Source: Candidatus Nanoarchaeia archaeon (lineage in GTDB: Archaea; Nanobdellota; Nanobdellia; SCGC-AAA011-G17; JACPNG01). Taken from it: a stretch of 64,000 bases of DNA. The first letter of the stretch is position 1. Each line of letters opens with the position of its first letter. A program made the position numbers and the translations under genes. Location: the NCBI GenBank assembly GCA_028714095.1, contig JAQTMY010000001.1, forward strand, positions 2,147 through 66,146, read 5' to 3'. Positions 10,060 to 20,855 of this stretch are shown here, piece after piece. The notes beneath the pieces were generated by a model. That model saw only the letters and a program-made list of their open reading frames with translations. It did no database searches and had not been told where the DNA came from.

Positions 10060-11421
10060 ATGGACAAGATAGACTCCCTGCTTAACAATAAAAGAATATC
10101 TATTTACCTGTTAATTTTCTTCACAATTGTAATAATAACTTTAGCAATGTTTTCAAATAGGTTGTCATTTCATGACACTCAGGAGTATATTGTAGTTTCA
10201 AAATATCTTGCTGGGATAGATAACATCAAGCCTTTTAGTGCCCATTCAATTGTTTATCCTGTAATTATCTCTTTTTTTCTTAAAATTCTAACTATAGAAT
10301 TAACTTTAAAACTGGCAAATGCCTTATGGATAATTTTAATAGGGTTTTTATTGTTAAATTTCAAATCAAAAAAATTGATTCTTTTATATATCTTCTCGCC
10401 AATGGTTTATATTTTATTTCCGCAGGTAACTCCCACTCTGCCAGCAGCATTCTTCTTCCTTTTAGCCTATTTATTCATAAAAAAATACGAAGAAACAAAC
10501 AAAAAACAATTTTTCATATTTTCAGGTCTATCTCTTGGAATGTGCTTTGCATTATACACTCCAATGATAATCCTTATGGCATTATTTATCCTTGCTTATT
10601 TCTACGATAAAAAACTAACAAATGTAATTTATTATTTGTTGCTTTTAATTCCGGGCTTATTGATAGAATTAGTAGTAGATCAAATCTACTTTGGATTCCC
10701 TTTCTATTCAATAATAAGATATCTTGGCTCTAATGTTTTAGTTGCTTTAGGCTTAAACCAGAATATTTCATTTGATCAAACCTATCACTTCATTAATTCA
10801 ATTCCTTTATTGATATTTGGAATCTCTCCCCTGCTTGTCCTTATCTTCAAGGCAAAATTCAAGGAATTTAAGAGAGAATTTATATTTATTATTCCTTTTG
10901 TTTTATTCTTCTTATACAGGGGAGGTGCCCAGTTAAAGTACATTTTCTTGGTTGCCCCAATTTTATTATTAATTTTATCTAAGATATTAACAAAAAAATT
11001 AGTGATAGTAAGCATAATAATTTCCATAATAATTACTCCATTCTTAATCTCTGATTACTTTGGTGAAACAACTGATAAAATAATAAAAGATGATATAAAT
11101 TCTATAAAACAGGATTTTAATCCAAAAGAAGTATTAGCTGGAAAAAATCTTGCTTTAGTTTTAGCCGGGTTACAATTTAAAGATTCTATCTATATAGTCT
11201 GGCCAGAGGAAATAGGCAATAAAACAACAAGGAGTTATAAATTTGTGATGGACTCAAAGATAGATGTCCTTAATTCAATAGAATTCACAGCAGACATGAA
11301 GATAAACAATCCAGAAAAATATGACAATTTATTATTAGTTGAAAGAAAAGACCAGACCTCTAAGGATTACAAGGAGCTTAAATGCTACAAAGAACTTTGT
11401 GTATATGAAAAACTAGACTAA
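10060..11421 (+). CDS. GT-C fold membrane glycosyltransferase (PMT/ArnT/STT3-like) candidate
   Basis: 453 aa. The first loop carries SFHDTQEYIVVSKY (D/E-x-x-EY...K/R, like the GT-C EL1 motif). Many TM helices and a ~100-aa soluble C-terminal domain. Confidence 0.45.
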   Translation: MDKIDSLLNNKRISIYLLIFFTIVIITLAMFSNRLSFHDTQEYIVVSKYLAGIDNIKPFSAHSIVYPVIISFFLKILTIELTLKLANALWIILIGFLLLNFKSKKLILLYIFSPMVYILFPQVTPTLPAAFFFLLAYLFIKKYEETNKKQFFIFSGLSLGMCFALYTPMIILMALFILAYFYDKKLTNVIYYLLLLIPGLLIELVVDQIYFGFPFYSIIRYLGSNVLVALGLNQNISFDQTYHFINSIPLLIFGISPLLVLIFKAKFKEFKREFIFIIPFVLFFLYRGGAQLKYIFLVAPILLLILSKILTKKLVIVSIIISIIITPFLISDYFGETTDKIIKDDINSIKQDFNPKEVLAGKNLALVLAGLQFKDSIYIVWPEEIGNKTTRSYKFVMDSKIDVLNSIEFTADMKINNPEKYDNLLLVERKDQTSKDYKELKCYKELCVYEKLD

Positions 11422-11491
11422 AAATATTATATTATAGAATATAATTCCATCTGTCGGCAACTTTATAAATTCATTATAGCCAATTCTAAAA

Positions 11492-12877
11492 ATGAAGATT
11501 TTGCTTTTAACCGCAATGGCCAATACTCATTATGTAGTGCCTCCTACTAGCCTAGGCTATCTTGCCAGCGCAGTTCGTAATTCAGGCAATGAAGTCATTA
11601 TAATAGATGGGACAAAAGAAAAATTAACACCTGGAAAACTGTCAAATTCATTAAACAAAATTAATCCAGACCTAGTCGGAATAACAGTATTTTCATGCGA
11701 TATAAATGTTGTAAAAAATTATATTAATGTAATCAAGAAATTTAACAATAATATTCATGTAATTCTTGGCGGCCCTCACGTTTCAGGCGTAGAAACTGAA
11801 ATCTTTGAAAACTTTCCAGGGATAGATTATGCAATAACTGGAGAAGCAGAAAAAGGATTCCCGATGTTGTTAAATCAGATATCAAAGAAGACAAAGAACT
11901 TCAAGGACATTCCTGGATTGATATGGAAAGAAAATTCCAAGATAAATCATAATCCTTCTTATTTTGAGTGTGATTTGGATAAATTAGACTTCCCTGCATG
12001 GGATCTAATAGATCCAAGAACCTATCCAAAAGCACCACAAGGAGCAGTATTTAGAAATTATCCTATAGCCCCAATGATAATGAGCAGGGGCTGTCCATTT
12101 CAGTGTACTTACTGTGCAAGCAAGGTTGTCACAGGACAGAAATTCAGGAAAAGAAGCGTTGATAATATAATGAAGGAAGTTGAATTATTATATAATAAGT
12201 TTAAGATAAAGGAGATTCATATTGTTGATGACACATTTACCTTAGACAGGCAAAGAGTAATTGATTTTTGTAATGAATTGATAAAAAGAAAGATAAGAAT
12301 AACCTATACATTCCCAAACGGAGTAAGATTAGATACCCTAGATGAAGAGCTTCTTAGATTATTGAAGAAAACAGGATGTTATGCAATGTCTGTAGGTATA
12401 GAATCAGGAAGCCAGGAAATCTTGAATGACATGAAAAAGAATCTAAACCTAAAATTAATCAAGGAAAAAATAGATTTAATCAATAAAATCGGAATCGATG
12501 TCAATGGATTCTTTATTGTAGGTTATCCTGGAGAAACAAGAAAAACAATACTAAAAACAATTAAATTTGCTAAAAAACTAAAAATAAAAAGAGCTCACTT
12601 TAGTGCTTTCTTACCTCTGCCTGGAACAGAATCAACCAAAAAGCTAAAAGACAATGGAAAGATAAATAAGATAGACTATAGTAAGTTATTTTATTCAGAC
12701 GTTCCTTACTCACCAGACGGAATGACCAGAAAGGAACTTAAACAACTGCAAAGAAGGGCCTTTTTGGAATTTTACTTAAGGCCAAGGATAATATGGTACA
12801 TGATACTGGAAATAAAAACTTTTGATCATTTATTATCTCTACTAAAAAGAGCAAGAGATTATGCATTTGGAAGATGA
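11492..12877 (+). CDS. B12-binding domain radical SAM enzyme (class B)
   Basis: N-terminal B12-binding Rossmann region (VGITVFS...ILGGPHVSG), then SRGCPFQCTYCAS as the CxxxCxxC cluster. Confidence 0.75.
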   Translation: MKILLLTAMANTHYVVPPTSLGYLASAVRNSGNEVIIIDGTKEKLTPGKLSNSLNKINPDLVGITVFSCDINVVKNYINVIKKFNNNIHVILGGPHVSGVETEIFENFPGIDYAITGEAEKGFPMLLNQISKKTKNFKDIPGLIWKENSKINHNPSYFECDLDKLDFPAWDLIDPRTYPKAPQGAVFRNYPIAPMIMSRGCPFQCTYCASKVVTGQKFRKRSVDNIMKEVELLYNKFKIKEIHIVDDTFTLDRQRVIDFCNELIKRKIRITYTFPNGVRLDTLDEELLRLLKKTGCYAMSVGIESGSQEILNDMKKNLNLKLIKEKIDLINKIGIDVNGFFIVGYPGETRKTILKTIKFAKKLKIKRAHFSAFLPLPGTESTKKLKDNGKINKIDYSKLFYSDVPYSPDGMTRKELKQLQRRAFLEFYLRPRIIWYMILEIKTFDHLLSLLKRARDYAFGR

Positions 12878-14121
12878 AAAAAATAATAATCCTAGGAGCA
12901 GGCCTTTCAGGATTGGCTGCAGCAATAGAATTATCCCCTGAAAATAAAGTTCTGGTTCTTGAAAAAAACAAGTTTATTGGTGGTTTGGCTGCCTCTTTTG
13001 AATATAAAAAGTACAAAATCCCTTTCTATTACCATCATATTTTTAGCCATGATTCAATAACATTGTCTTTTCTTAAAAGATTCAATAACTCAGAATTAAT
13101 ATGGAAAAAGATAAAAATGGCGGTCCTAGTAAACAATAAAATATACAATTTCACAAATCCTCTTGCATTATTGAGGTTTAATTATCTAACCTTCAAAGAG
13201 AAAATAAGATATGGTTTATTTGGTTTCTATGTTTTTTATATCCTAAATCCTGAAAAAATTCCTGATAGATTAAATGCAGAAGAATGGTTAAAAAAACATG
13301 CAGGAAGAGGAGTAACTAAAAAATTATTCTATGAATTGTATGCAAAAAATAAATTCAATATCCCTTTAAGCGAGATTTCAGCAAAGCAATTCGCTCATAG
13401 GTTAAAAGCAAAAGAAGCCTTAGGCATTTTTGGCTATCCAAAAAACGGACTTGATTTACTAATAGAAAATATGAAAAAACAAATTGGGGAAAATAAATCC
13501 GAGATTTTAACAGATCAGAAAATCCAATCAATTGACTTAATCAAAAAAGAAATTAAAGTTAATAATAAAAAAATAAGATATGATATTTTAATCAATACGA
13601 TTCCCATTCCAGAATTCCTGAAAATAGCAAAAGGTCTTCCAAAATCTTATGAGGAAAAAATCTCAAAGATAAGATATTGCCCCGCAGTCTCAATTGCAAT
13701 AGGAACAGACAAGTTCCTATCAAATCATTACTGGCTTAATGTTTTGAAAGAGCCTAAACTGCAGATGATAATGCAGCATTCTTGGTTATACAACAATTAC
13801 CCTGAAAAAATAACCTGGTTGTTGAGGTATGGCGGATCTGAAGAGGATTTGAATCTCAGCGACGAAGAAATATTCAAGGAGTATTCAAGTTCATTAAAAA
13901 AATATTTTCCAAATGTAAATATAGATTGGTACAAAGTTTTCAGGGAAAAATACGCAGAGCCAGTTTATGATAAGAATTATTCTTTATACAAACCAGACTA
14001 CAAAACACCAATACCTTCTTTGTATCATGCAGGCATTCAAATTACCTATCCTTTAATAAGAAACATGAACTCCGCTCTGATTTCTGGATTGGAGGTTGCT
14101 AAACTGATCAAGGAAACCTAG
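12874..14121 (+). CDS. FAD/NAD(P)-binding oxidoreductase of the amine-oxidase / UDP-galactopyranose-mutase superfamily
   Basis: MKKIIILGAGLSGLAAAIEL...VLVLEKNKFIGGLAASFEY....YHHIF, a Rossmann GxGxxG plus the EKxxxxGG pattern shared by Glf and PPO-like flavoenzymes. Confidence 0.55.
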   Translation: MKKIIILGAGLSGLAAAIELSPENKVLVLEKNKFIGGLAASFEYKKYKIPFYYHHIFSHDSITLSFLKRFNNSELIWKKIKMAVLVNNKIYNFTNPLALLRFNYLTFKEKIRYGLFGFYVFYILNPEKIPDRLNAEEWLKKHAGRGVTKKLFYELYAKNKFNIPLSEISAKQFAHRLKAKEALGIFGYPKNGLDLLIENMKKQIGENKSEILTDQKIQSIDLIKKEIKVNNKKIRYDILINTIPIPEFLKIAKGLPKSYEEKISKIRYCPAVSIAIGTDKFLSNHYWLNVLKEPKLQMIMQHSWLYNNYPEKITWLLRYGGSEEDLNLSDEEIFKEYSSSLKKYFPNVNIDWYKVFREKYAEPVYDKNYSLYKPDYKTPIPSLYHAGIQITYPLIRNMNSALISGLEVAKLIKET

Positions 14122-14776
14122 AATTAATCTTGGCATAAATTCTTGTCGTAGTCAACAAAACCAGATTTCCTTTTTTAATCATGAACAATTTTCCATCCTT
14201 GAGATTTTTAAGAAATTCTTTTGGGTTATCTCTGTCAAATTCATTAACTTCAGCATAAGATCTGCCAATTTCAATTGGCCAGTGAGCATCGCTCCCAGCC
14301 CCTTTAACTGCGTTTATTTTGTCTGAATAAGAAATAGCCTTTCTCATATCCTTCATCCCAAAAATTCTTGAATTATAAATCTCAACTATATCAATTTTAT
14401 TTTTTAAATCAAACTCACCGTTTTTCTCAAAAAAAGCACTTCTCTTCCTGAACCTATCATAAGGATGGGGAAAATAAACCAAAGCTCCCTGCGCCTTTAT
14501 TTTATCTATTGCTTCAAAAATATCTAAATCTCTTTTAATCTCCTCATTAACAAACAAACCAGTTATGTCCCCAAATCTTCCATTATAAACAGCTTTAATT
14601 TCCTCACCAACAACACAATCTTTATATTTTTCTCTATAAGCCAAAGCTCCCTTGATTGTATTGTGGTCAGTTATAAAAGGAAAAATATTTTTCTTTAAGC
14701 AAATCTTCCTCAGTCTGTCTATAGTAATAGGTCCTTCTCTGCTAACATTTGTATGAATGTGCATGTCAACTTTCAT
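14108..14776 (-). CDS. PHP-domain metal-dependent phosphoesterase
   Basis: MKVDMHIHTNVSREG... N-terminal HxH motif, with later GSDAHW. Confidence 0.65.
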   Translation of the reverse strand: MKVDMHIHTNVSREGPITIDRLRKICLKKNIFPFITDHNTIKGALAYREKYKDCVVGEEIKAVYNGRFGDITGLFVNEEIKRDLDIFEAIDKIKAQGALVYFPHPYDRFRKRSAFFEKNGEFDLKNKIDIVEIYNSRIFGMKDMRKAISYSDKINAVKGAGSDAHWPIEIGRSYAEVNEFDRDNPKEFLKNLKDGKLFMIKKGNLVLLTTTRIYAKINSRFP

Positions 14777-15836
14777 ATTCTCTAAATTTCTCTCCCCATC
14801 CAGTTTTCATAAATTTATTTATTCTATGTTTTCCAACAGAGTTATACCATATTTTATCATGATAAAAATAACTTCCAAAAATAGCTAGATTAAACAAACC
14901 AGTATGAAACAGCATAGGCTCAACAAACTTCAAAGAACCTTTCCTGAAAGTTTGGTCCCAATAGATTACAGGGCTTTTTCCTGTATTAAATCTAAGATTT
15001 ATTTTTTTAATATCTAATCCTTCTATGTCAAGACTGTCAACATCCCCATTTCCAAGTCCATAATCATGAGCCATCTTGATAAATTTAATCTTCATAGGAT
15101 CAAAACCCATTAACTTGGCAGCAACAGCATCAATAGCTACCTGGTCTTCAGAAGCCAAGATCATATTGGTAATAACCGGTTTCATTGTTCTCGGACCGTT
15201 TCCATTTCCAGCTACACTTCCATCCATTACAGCTAACATTTTAGGATGTATCTTTTTCTGTATTTTAAGCAAGTCAACTAAAATTTCATGTATCATTTTA
15301 TGACAATGATGTCTTCTTTCAGTTATTAACCCTCCAAAGGCATTTTTCATAGCACCAGTCATTGTTGTATGCCCGTGTGTTTTCAAAGTAGGCAGATGAA
15401 CAATAGGCTTGTTATAAAACATTTCAGGAATCTTTAATCCATCAGGGAATATGTAAGGGATTGCATCAAAATCAAAATTATCCTTTAATCTAACCCATTT
15501 TGCCTCAGTCAAAGGTTTATAATCTAGATTATATTTATCCAAAATAGGCAGCCATTTATTTCCCTTAGCTCCTTTCCAGACATCAGTCACAACAGTCCTG
15601 TTCTCAACAGGAATTAAATTATTAAAACCTCTGTCCTTTAATCCTCTAACAACCCCCTCTAACTGCCAGGGCTCTGTAGAACAGGCAGGATAATATAAAC
15701 TCCAGGATAGATTTAATTTTAATAATATTTCATCTTTTTTGTTAAAGATCTTAGAAACATTAACTCTTTCAAGTAAATCCTCATAGTCTTTTAGCACATT
15801 TTCAGGGCTTGTCTTGAGAATAACTACTTTTGACAT
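14766..15836 (-). CDS. DUF362-family protein
   Basis: KVVILKTSPENVLKDYEDLL...ILLKLNLS...GVVRGLKDRGF resembles a DUF362 N-terminus. Confidence 0.4.
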   Translation of the reverse strand: MSKVVILKTSPENVLKDYEDLLERVNVSKIFNKKDEILLKLNLSWSLYYPACSTEPWQLEGVVRGLKDRGFNNLIPVENRTVVTDVWKGAKGNKWLPILDKYNLDYKPLTEAKWVRLKDNFDFDAIPYIFPDGLKIPEMFYNKPIVHLPTLKTHGHTTMTGAMKNAFGGLITERRHHCHKMIHEILVDLLKIQKKIHPKMLAVMDGSVAGNGNGPRTMKPVITNMILASEDQVAIDAVAAKLMGFDPMKIKFIKMAHDYGLGNGDVDSLDIEGLDIKKINLRFNTGKSPVIYWDQTFRKGSLKFVEPMLFHTGLFNLAIFGSYFYHDKIWYNSVGKHRINKFMKTGWGEKFREYES

Positions 15837-15887
15837 ATATAACTGCCCCCTAACAATCTTTATAAATATTTTTGTGATAAAAATCCC

Positions 15888-16733
15888 ATGAATTATCTGT
15901 TTAATTTGCTTAGGATAAGGCAGTATTACAAGAACCTATTAATTTTTCTTCCTTTAATATTCGTGGGTTCTTTTTTTAATAAAAACCTTTTATTAGATAT
16001 TTTTCTTGGATTCATAGCCCTATGTTTAGTATCCTCTTCAAACTATATAATAAATGATATATTTGATATTAAAAAAGACGAGGAACATCCGGAAAAAAGG
16101 CTAAGAGCATTAGCCTCAAAAAAAATATCAATTCCTTTGGCAATTTTTATTTTCATTATTACCCTAATATCCTCCCTTGTAATCTCCTATTTACTATCTG
16201 AAAAATTCTTTTATGCTGTTTTAGCCATGTTTGTTTTAACTCAGTTTTATACTCTATTCCTAAAAAATCAACCCTTTGTGGATATTTTAATGATTTCAGT
16301 AAATTTTGTCATAAGGGCTATATCTGGAGCATTCATCATTAACGCAACTCTTTCTCCCTGGTTAATAGCCTGCACCTTTTTCCTTGCTCTATTCATAGCA
16401 ACAGGCAAAAGAGAGTCAGATTTATTATTGTTAAAGAATAATTTCCAGAATCACAAGCCAGTCCTAAAGTATTACACAAAAGAAATAACCCAGTCTTTGA
16501 TGATAATTTCTACAACATTACTAATAACAACCTATAGTCTTTATAGTTTCCTAAGCCAATACCCTAATTTAATTTTTACAATCCCTTTTGCCATTTATGT
16601 AATCTTTAGGTATTTCCTTCTTGTGAAAGAAGGCTCGATAATAGCAAGGCATCCAGAAAAAATACTAAAGGACAAATCAATAACAATAGGTTTAATATTG
16701 TGGATATTAACCATTTTCCTGATAATTTACTAA
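15888..16733 (+). CDS. UbiA-family prenyltransferase (membrane)
   Basis: NYIINDIFDIKKDEEHPEKRLRALAS, the NDxxDxxxD motif. Polytopic, 8-9 TM. Confidence 0.7.
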   Translation: MNYLFNLLRIRQYYKNLLIFLPLIFVGSFFNKNLLLDIFLGFIALCLVSSSNYIINDIFDIKKDEEHPEKRLRALASKKISIPLAIFIFIITLISSLVISYLLSEKFFYAVLAMFVLTQFYTLFLKNQPFVDILMISVNFVIRAISGAFIINATLSPWLIACTFFLALFIATGKRESDLLLLKNNFQNHKPVLKYYTKEITQSLMIISTTLLITTYSLYSFLSQYPNLIFTIPFAIYVIFRYFLLVKEGSIIARHPEKILKDKSITIGLILWILTIFLIIY

Positions 16734-16734
16734 A

Positions 16735-17814
16735 ATGAAAGTTTTGTTTATAACCCATGCAGGAACAAAGTACGAAAATATCAGTTCTATTGCTGAAATT
16801 GTTGATGAAGTAACTGTCTTAGGTTATATAAAACACAGGAATGAAATTATAAGATACCCCCCTCAACCTTCAATAAAAGAAAACATAAGGATAATCTATG
16901 CCAAAAACCTAATCTCTTTTCTTTTAAAACCAAGAAAAATAAAAGCAGATTTAGTAATAGCACATTGCCCAATCTCAGGTTTGGCAGCCTATCTCTCAGG
17001 AAAAAAATTCAAATTCTTAATGTGTCAGGATTTTTATGAATATCATGAACTAGTTAGACAGCCAAAATTAAAAAAATTAATTTCTCTTTTCCTAATAAAA
17101 GCTATGACAAGGATAAGTTGCAAAAATGCTTCTTCAGTAATATGTTTATCTACCTATATCCAAAAGAAAGCTATTGGTTATGGAGCAAAAAAAACAAATG
17201 TAATACCTATGTGGGGGATTGATATGAAACATCTATCTCCAAACAATAAAGATCCAGACTTAAAAAAGAAACTTGGAATAAAGAATCAAAAAGTATTATT
17301 TACCTTAGCAAGACTTTCTCCAGAAAAAGGTTTACAATATTTAATAAAATCTATAAAAATCCTTGAAAAGGAAAATATTTTCCTGATTATAGCAGGCAAA
17401 GGTTCAGAAGAAATTTATCTTAAAAATTTAGTAAAACAATTAAACCTAGGATCAAAAATTATTTTTATTAATTATATCCCTTTTGAAGAAGTACCCCACT
17501 ACCATAACATCGCAGATATTTGTTTATTGGTAAGTTTAAAGGAAGGGTTGGGTATTGGGGCAATAGAACCCCTAGCCTGTAAAAAACCAGTTATTGGTTC
17601 TAACACTGGAGGGATAGTAGACACAATAATACATAATAAAACAGGTTTGTTGGTAGAACCTGGAAATTCCCAGCAGATAGCAGATTCAATTATGCTTTTG
17701 TTAAAGGATAAAAAATTAAGATATAGATTAGTCCAGGAAGGATTCAAACACGTTTCTAAAAACTTTGAACAGAAAAAGGTAATCAAAAGATATCAGGAAG
17801 AAATTCTCAATTAA
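16735..17814 (+). CDS. GT4 (GT-B) glycosyltransferase
   Basis: LARLSPEKGLQYLIKS...FLIIAGKGSEE...EGLGIGAIEPLACKKPVIGSNTGGIVDTIIHNKTGLLVEP. Confidence 0.8.
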   Translation: MKVLFITHAGTKYENISSIAEIVDEVTVLGYIKHRNEIIRYPPQPSIKENIRIIYAKNLISFLLKPRKIKADLVIAHCPISGLAAYLSGKKFKFLMCQDFYEYHELVRQPKLKKLISLFLIKAMTRISCKNASSVICLSTYIQKKAIGYGAKKTNVIPMWGIDMKHLSPNNKDPDLKKKLGIKNQKVLFTLARLSPEKGLQYLIKSIKILEKENIFLIIAGKGSEEIYLKNLVKQLNLGSKIIFINYIPFEEVPHYHNIADICLLVSLKEGLGIGAIEPLACKKPVIGSNTGGIVDTIIHNKTGLLVEPGNSQQIADSIMLLLKDKKLRYRLVQEGFKHVSKNFEQKKVIKRYQEEILN

Positions 17815-17837
17815 AAATTTTTAAAAGAAAAAAAAGA

Positions 17838-17862
17838 AAAAAAGGTTAAATTTAACCTTTTA
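17838..17862. terminator. perfect palindrome between convergent genes (candidate bidirectional terminator)
   Basis: AAAGGTTAAATTTAACCTTT flanked by an A-run. It overlaps the stop codon of the S-layer-like gene. Confidence 0.35.
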
Positions 17863-20104
17863 CTACAGTCATGTCGCTTAAAGTTGTACCTTTAACAACA
17901 ACTGAGGTTCCAGCTAAGCTATAGTCTTTGAAGTTTTGCAAGACTTTAGCAGCTCTTCTGGTATCCATTGCGTTGTATCCAGCAACAACCATAGCTACTT
18001 TATCGCCGTTAGCAACTAATTTGATAAGTGCCTCACCAGCTGAATAAGTTGCTCTGAAGTCGTCAGCAGATCCTACGAACTGCTCAGCTACTGAGTTAAT
18101 AGCTGGTCCACCTACTACAATTAAATTGTAGTTAGCTGGGTTTGTAACTTCAGTGTCCAACATACTCTTGGTTTCGATAGCAGTTACCTCACAGTTACTA
18201 CCTGAAGTAGATGTTGTTGCACTTGTACCCTTTATTACGACGTTTGCAAATACCTGGTCTCCTGGAATATCTAAGACAACTTCATCACTTGCACCATGTG
18301 ACTTTGGATTTCTGATGATTACACCATATTCTGTTCTATGGTCTTCATCCTTGGTTCCAACGTTTGTTGCTTGCCATACCAATTCACCTGCTTCTTCAGA
18401 TGACAATGTGTCACCAAGTGAAGTAAAGATTACTGATGTAGCAGCAACTTGTGTAGCGTCCCAAGTTGTGTTTATGTACTCTGAGTTTGCCAAGTAAGTT
18501 GCATCATACAACTGTAAGTCAATAGATACGTTACCGGCAGCTCCTCCATCCTCATTGTGGATGTAGAATCTTGCATCAGTTCCTTTTGTGTTGTCATATT
18601 CTATGTGACCAAAGTTTGTGTATGTTGCATCAGCTGTTGTAGCATTTCCTGCATAAACTACCTTATTGTTATTGTCTTCATAGTAAATGCTGTATGCATC
18701 TACTGCAGCGCCTGCTCCAGCATAAACACCTGAAATCCAGATTTTGTCTGTTCTCCAGTCTGCAGCTGTTCCATTAGAGTTTGACAAATCTGCTCCGTCA
18801 ACAACCAATGCTTCATCTTTGTTTGCATGTATGTAAATTGATGGTGCAGCAGTTAATCCAGCACACCCACCACAGGCATCACTAAGATCAGCTGAGGTAT
18901 CAAATTCCATTGTAACAGTTGCATAATTGTCATCAGCAACACTTAAGCTGTCCAAACAAATACTTACATAGTTGTTTGGTAAGTCTAAGCACTCGCCAAC
19001 TCCAATTGGGTTATCTGAATCATCATTCCATACAAAGTCGTTTTCAATACCTAATTTTGGACCAGTTACTTCTGCAGTTGAAGTTGTTAAACTTGAAGCT
19101 GCATTGTCATTTAATCCACCTACATCCCATACCCAATTAGGATTGTCTTCGTCTTCACCAACGTAAGCATCTCCATCTTGGAAGGTTTCTTGGGAGTTTT
19201 TACCTATAACTAAAGTAGCAGATCTCTGATCCTTGTTGTCTTCATAGAATGTTTCATCGTTTGTAACTTCAATTCCATTTACTGTTTCAGTACTTGCTGA
19301 TGGAATTGTTTCTGAAACACCATCTACGTTAACAACAACTGCTCCACCTGATCCAACGTTCTCAAGTATTACCTTTTTGCCGTTTACTTCTACTTCGTCC
19401 CCAACATTCATAAAGTACTCAGTACCAACATAAGCTGTAAACTTAGTAGCTAAGGTTGTATCAATACTGGTAATTTTAAGGGTTTTGCCCAAGAATTTAA
19501 GTTCCAATGGTGTTGTACTTGAGGACAAGTTTGGCTGTATTGTCTCATCAAACAAATAGAAGTACTTTATTGCATCTCTGCCCATTTCCATTACTACACT
19601 TGTCTCATAGTCATCATCTGCGCTAGTAAGACTTGTAGCAATTGTGGCGTTTCCTGTTGCGAAAGCCAAGTTTTCTTGGACATCGTAGTCTGCACTTCTA
19701 AATGTAATTGTTGTATCTAATAAAGTTGGTATGTCGTCATCTTGTAATTCTGTATCAAATGTATAGCTGTTTGCATCAGCTACGGCTGCGCCTAATGGAA
19801 TTTGTTCGCTTTTTCCACCAGAAACAGTGATTGATCCTCCACCTGAACTACATACCTTACTTTCAAATTGCAATCCTGCTCCGATATCTAGGACTCCTAG
19901 ACTATCATCTGAAGCTGCGTTGGCACCTACAACGAATACGTTAGAGTTGTCATATTTTCCTCCAACAATAAATGGACTTGGGTACTCAGCTAAATCCAAA
20001 GCAAGTGCACCACCTGCGGTAGCTGCAAGCATACCAGCCCCGGCACCTATAGCAGCAATTTTTCTGATTGCTTTCTTTGCTTTCAGTACAAAGGTTTCTT
20101 GCAT
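17852..20104 (-). CDS. S-layer / major surface (glyco)protein candidate
   Basis: Sec signal peptide (…AAIGAGAGMLAATAGGALA). 750 aa, acidic, Thr/Ser/Gly/Ala/Asn/Asp-rich. Strong GGAGGTG SD 9 nt upstream. GC-shifted codon usage consistent with high expression. Confidence 0.55.
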   Translation of the reverse strand: MQETFVLKAKKAIRKIAAIGAGAGMLAATAGGALALDLAEYPSPFIVGGKYDNSNVFVVGANAASDDSLGVLDIGAGLQFESKVCSSGGGSITVSGGKSEQIPLGAAVADANSYTFDTELQDDDIPTLLDTTITFRSADYDVQENLAFATGNATIATSLTSADDDYETSVVMEMGRDAIKYFYLFDETIQPNLSSSTTPLELKFLGKTLKITSIDTTLATKFTAYVGTEYFMNVGDEVEVNGKKVILENVGSGGAVVVNVDGVSETIPSASTETVNGIEVTNDETFYEDNKDQRSATLVIGKNSQETFQDGDAYVGEDEDNPNWVWDVGGLNDNAASSLTTSTAEVTGPKLGIENDFVWNDDSDNPIGVGECLDLPNNYVSICLDSLSVADDNYATVTMEFDTSADLSDACGGCAGLTAAPSIYIHANKDEALVVDGADLSNSNGTAADWRTDKIWISGVYAGAGAAVDAYSIYYEDNNNKVVYAGNATTADATYTNFGHIEYDNTKGTDARFYIHNEDGGAAGNVSIDLQLYDATYLANSEYINTTWDATQVAATSVIFTSLGDTLSSEEAGELVWQATNVGTKDEDHRTEYGVIIRNPKSHGASDEVVLDIPGDQVFANVVIKGTSATTSTSGSNCEVTAIETKSMLDTEVTNPANYNLIVVGGPAINSVAEQFVGSADDFRATYSAGEALIKLVANGDKVAMVVAGYNAMDTRRAAKVLQNFKDYSLAGTSVVVKGTTLSDMTVVKG

Positions 20105-20200
20105 AATTTACACACCTCCATGTATGGTTATATTTTTTATGCGTTCTCTTTTGTTTTGTGATAGGCCTTTTTTGGTTTAAAAGACCTGATGAACCAACGG
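20105..20200 (-). promoter_or_regulatory. promoter/RBS region of the S-layer-like gene
   Basis: Minus-strand reading ...AAAAAATATAA... about 30 nt upstream of GGAGGTGTGTAAATT-ATG. Confidence 0.3.
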
Positions 20201-20402
20201 TTATAACATTCCAACTATGCCTATACCCAGACACAGTTTACAACCATTGGTAATCTTATAATTCCCGGGAAAACGCTTTATAAACATTTATAGACTCCAG
20301 TATATAATTTGTAGCTAAAACCCAAAAATTTGACCACTACAGCCCCTAAATACAAGGTTGCCCTCATTTTCATCCAGAATTTGTGTAACTACTAAATAAT
20401 TG

Positions 20403-20855
20403 TTAATTTTTGCAGATTGCAAGTGTAATTTCAAACCTATTTTCACCAAAACCCCCCGCCTGGTAGTTCTCACTAATCATATTATTACCAGTACAATTCC
20501 CAATTTCTATAAATCCTTTACCTGTTTTGGTTATACTAAATCTATATTCTTTGCCAAAGAACTCGTTTAAACTAGGCTCAAGAGTTTTTCGTATAAAATC
20601 CCTGCAATTAAGATTCTGGCATGGGGCAATTTCATCATTATTACAATCCCTTATTATCTCTTCCATCTTGACATTGGAATCCAGGCAGGGAGTATATTCT
20701 AAAAAAGCAGGCATAAACTTAGAGGTCTTAATAACATCCTTAGTTTCAGTATTTTTATTCTTTGAGGAAAACACCAAAAAGAAACTTCCAATTATAACAA
20801 ATAAAATAACAATTACAACTAATCCTATTATTTCTGTCTGTCCTTTCTTATTCAT
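20403..20855 (-). CDS. class III signal peptide (archaeal type IV pilin-like) protein
   Basis: MNKKGQ|TEIIGLVVIVILFVIIG: KKG-Q processing site followed by a hydrophobic helix. Confidence 0.6.
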   Translation of the reverse strand: MNKKGQTEIIGLVVIVILFVIIGSFFLVFSSKNKNTETKDVIKTSKFMPAFLEYTPCLDSNVKMEEIIRDCNNDEIAPCQNLNCRDFIRKTLEPSLNEFFGKEYRFSITKTGKGFIEIGNCTGNNMISENYQAGGFGENRFEITLAICKN